Origin: Gammaproteobacteria bacterium
GTDB lineage: Bacteria; Pseudomonadota; Gammaproteobacteria; CBDBNL01; JAAOII01
Direction: 5' to 3'
DNA length: 64,000 nt
Assembly: GCA_965209035.1 (NCBI GenBank)
Contig: OZ242372.1
Location: 1,216,001-1,280,000 of the forward strand
The position numbers and the translations under genes were made by a program. Below, in pieces: positions 61,717 through 64,000 of the stretch. Position 1 is the first letter of the stretch; each line of letters opens with the position of its first letter. The notes under the pieces are model-generated. The model made no database searches and had not been told where the DNA came from. It worked only from the letters and a program-made list of their open reading frames with translations.

Positions 61717-63648
61717 TTATTCGGTGGGGACCGGCAGAATGGTCTCGTCGCCGGCTATGTTGCGCACCTTGATGCGTTTGGGCCTTGTATCACAGGTGAT
61801 TTTGCCATCCCAAGGTTCTTTTAACTGATATGGTAACTGATTTGGCGATCGTTTTTGCGACCGCTCTTTTAGATGCTCCGGCGAATTTTGCCCGGTGCGT
61901 GTGACCGTGTTGTCCGGGTTAATCACAACTTCGGCATCACTGTGCCAAGCACCCGTACTGCGCCGACAATCCACGGACACCATCTCCACAATCTCTAAGC
62001 CGCTTTCGCTCAGGCGAACGGGGGCGGGCTTTGGCTTTTTGGCATCGGCGTTTAGTTTGCGTTTTTGATTATACTCATCCAGTTTTTTGGTAACGGAATC
62101 GCTGAAGCAAGATTTCAACACAATGCGATGTTGCCGATCATCTCTCTTGGACGCCGTATACCGAAATATAATGGTATCTTCCGTGATGGTGTGGTCCAGA
62201 AGTTCCTTTAAATCTTTTAGTTCAATGTTTTTATAGGCGATGCGTGTTTGATTGTACTTGCGAATGTAATCTCTAATGTCATCCGAGTTTTGCATATCCG
62301 TGTAATAGATGATCACCTTTTCCACATCCCAATCTTCCAGTTTTGGAATCTCGTCAAACAGGATGACTTTCATAGTGGATACATCCAGCACACGCGCCGA
62401 ATGATCTGCCAGGTTCGGCAAGTAAACAGGGACCATGCCGATCTTCTTATCATGCAGCACGCCCGCCCAAAACTTGCTCATCGCGAATGGCTCGGTTGGG
62501 CGCGGACTTAATCCTTTGATCAGAGGCTTAATCTTTGCCATAGTCTGCACAGGGTTGCGAAACAGACGAACACCATCTTTAATGTCCAGAACCCGGAAAC
62601 AGGCGTTGCTTTTTTTCAGCCGATCGCGTGTGGTGTGCAAAGCATTAAAGCCGACATCCGCCGTGACAAACTTGCGCCCTAACCTGGCCGCCACTTGTGC
62701 CGTGGTGCCGCTGCCGCCAAAGAAGTCGGCAACCAGCATCCCTGCGTCGGAGGATGCTTTGATAAGGCGTTCCAAAAGTGCTTCGGGTTTTTGGGTGGGG
62801 TAGAGTGTTCTTTCTTTGGATGATCCTATGTTCACATCGGGAATGTCTTCTATGACACTGCGTGTTAACAAATATTCTCGATCATACTCTATTGTTTCAT
62901 CCAACGAGGCGATCACTCCGCCAATTTTTTGCATACGTTTTCTCTTAACCCGCTCTCCCGTCGGTTCCAACAGAGAATTGAACAGATGCTCCGTGCCTTT
63001 CGTATAAAACAATATACTATCATGCATCTTAAAAAATAATTTTTTTGTTTTATCGGGAATTTTGTTATAGCGATACCAAATGACTTCACTTTTAAAATTA
63101 CTTTCTCCAAACACCTCATCCATCAGCACCTTGACATAATGGCCGATGTGCCAGTCCAGATGCACATAGATGCTGCCGGTGTCACTCATCACCTCGCGAA
63201 TTGCGGTGAGATTCTCAAACATCCAGTTAAGATAATCGGTTTTACTCCAAAAATCCCCGTAAAACTTTTCTTCCCAGCCCGCATCGTTCGGTAACTCGGT
63301 GCCGGCCGGGCCGGTTGTTTTATCTGAACTGCGCCTGAGTGCGATCTTCTTGGCATAGTCGGCGCCACTGGCAAAGGGCGGGTCAATATAAACCAGGTCC
63401 GGCCGGATGTTCCGCTCTTTGAGGTGGGCACAGGTATGCAGGGCATCGCCGCGAACAACCAGGTTTTCGGACTTGGCACCCACCCGCTCTGTTTCCGCGA
63501 GGTCGTAGTAGGGCAGGCCGCGCGCGATGCGCGGCGACAAGTTGTCGTCCCCTTGGTAGACCAACGCCCGCTGACTGCGGGCAATATTGCGTAATAACGC
63601 TTGTTCCCGCAAGGGATTGGCGGCATAGGGAATGTATTTAATCGGCAT
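61717..63648 (-). CDS. Site-specific DNA methyltransferase (type III Mod-like, beta class)
   Basis: YIDPPF, YPTQKPEALL, DFFGGSGTT; start MPIKY inferred. Confidence 0.92.
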   Translation of the reverse strand: MPIKYIPYAANPLREQALLRNIARSQRALVYQGDDNLSPRIARGLPYYDLAETERVGAKSENLVVRGDALHTCAHLKERNIRPDLVYIDPPFASGADYAKKIALRRSSDKTTGPAGTELPNDAGWEEKFYGDFWSKTDYLNWMFENLTAIREVMSDTGSIYVHLDWHIGHYVKVLMDEVFGESNFKSEVIWYRYNKIPDKTKKLFFKMHDSILFYTKGTEHLFNSLLEPTGERVKRKRMQKIGGVIASLDETIEYDREYLLTRSVIEDIPDVNIGSSKERTLYPTQKPEALLERLIKASSDAGMLVADFFGGSGTTAQVAARLGRKFVTADVGFNALHTTRDRLKKSNACFRVLDIKDGVRLFRNPVQTMAKIKPLIKGLSPRPTEPFAMSKFWAGVLHDKKIGMVPVYLPNLADHSARVLDVSTMKVILFDEIPKLEDWDVEKVIIYYTDMQNSDDIRDYIRKYNQTRIAYKNIELKDLKELLDHTITEDTIIFRYTASKRDDRQHRIVLKSCFSDSVTKKLDEYNQKRKLNADAKKPKPAPVRLSESGLEIVEMVSVDCRRSTGAWHSDAEVVINPDNTVTRTGQNSPEHLKERSQKRSPNQLPYQLKEPWDGKITCDTRPKRIKVRNIAGDETILPVPTE

Positions 63649-64000
63649 TTCTTTCTTCGCCAAAAAAGAGATTCAACCGGTCGTCGATCCTTTGAATATT
63701 GTTTTCCATAGGAACATTATCCTCCAGATAAAGAAAATCAAACTTGGCATAGTTGAACTTTGCGTTGTTCCGGCAAACAAACTCGTTTTCAATATATTGT
63801 TTTCGCTCCGCAAACTGATGTTTGAAACCATGCCCCTTGGTCTCCACCAGCATCGCCTTGTGAATCTTCTTCTTTTTACGCTTGATGATGAGGAAGTCGG
63901 TTGTGTAACGCCCGAGATTCTTCCAGCCGCCGTTTTGCTTGCCGTAACAGTTAATCACAAACTCAGTCAGGCGGCGCGCGCCCTGATAGTAAACCTCCAG
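63638..64000 (-). CDS. Type III restriction (Res-like) subunit, C-terminal part only
   Basis: PD-(D/E)xK-like YTTDFLI...LVETKG; overlaps the methyltransferase start; truncated by window. Confidence 0.75.
   Translation of the reverse strand: MEVYYQGARRLTEFVINCYGKQNGGWKNLGRYTTDFLIIKRKKKKIHKAMLVETKGHGFKHQFAERKQYIENEFVCRNNAKFNYAKFDFLYLEDNVPMENNIQRIDDRLNLFFGEERNAD

Noticed and set aside
61717-63648. Phase-variable (phasevarion) methyltransferase
   Set aside because: No simple sequence repeat tract seen in the coding region or near the start

Overview
Chromosomal window of a Gammaproteobacterium. The 16S signatures, the taurine catabolism cluster and the eukaryote-like surface proteins suggest a marine invertebrate (possibly sponge) symbiont, but the host is an inference. 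Contents in order: type II secretion operon gspD-N, an RND efflux pair, a WecA/MraY-family transferase, a cytochrome c oxidase cluster, a solitary 16S rRNA gene (no tRNA or 23S follows), a decayed IS481-like transposase, a large repetitive lipoprotein, coaBC-dut, nadK, proS, a GDPD, pdxJ-recO, an orphan ccmA, tauABC with an aminotransferase, a Fic gene, an AbrB-family gene, pta and xsc, fdx-iscX-ndk-pilW-rodZ-ispG, era-rnc, panC, mnmA, a GLUG-like secreted protein flanked by direct repeats, and a type III-like restriction-modification pair. The most notable observations are: (1) the lipoprotein ends in a 4-cysteine domain that aligns by eye to the animal ephrin receptor-binding domain, a candidate bacterial ephrin mimic on a FN3/TSP3/cadherin stalk; (2) two tandem arrays built from copies of the 3' ends of taurine-pathway genes; (3) an unlinked 16S gene with an extended helix 26; (4) pervasive 9-12 bp tandem repeats at gene boundaries and inside genes. 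All assignments come from reading motifs by eye; no database searches were run.
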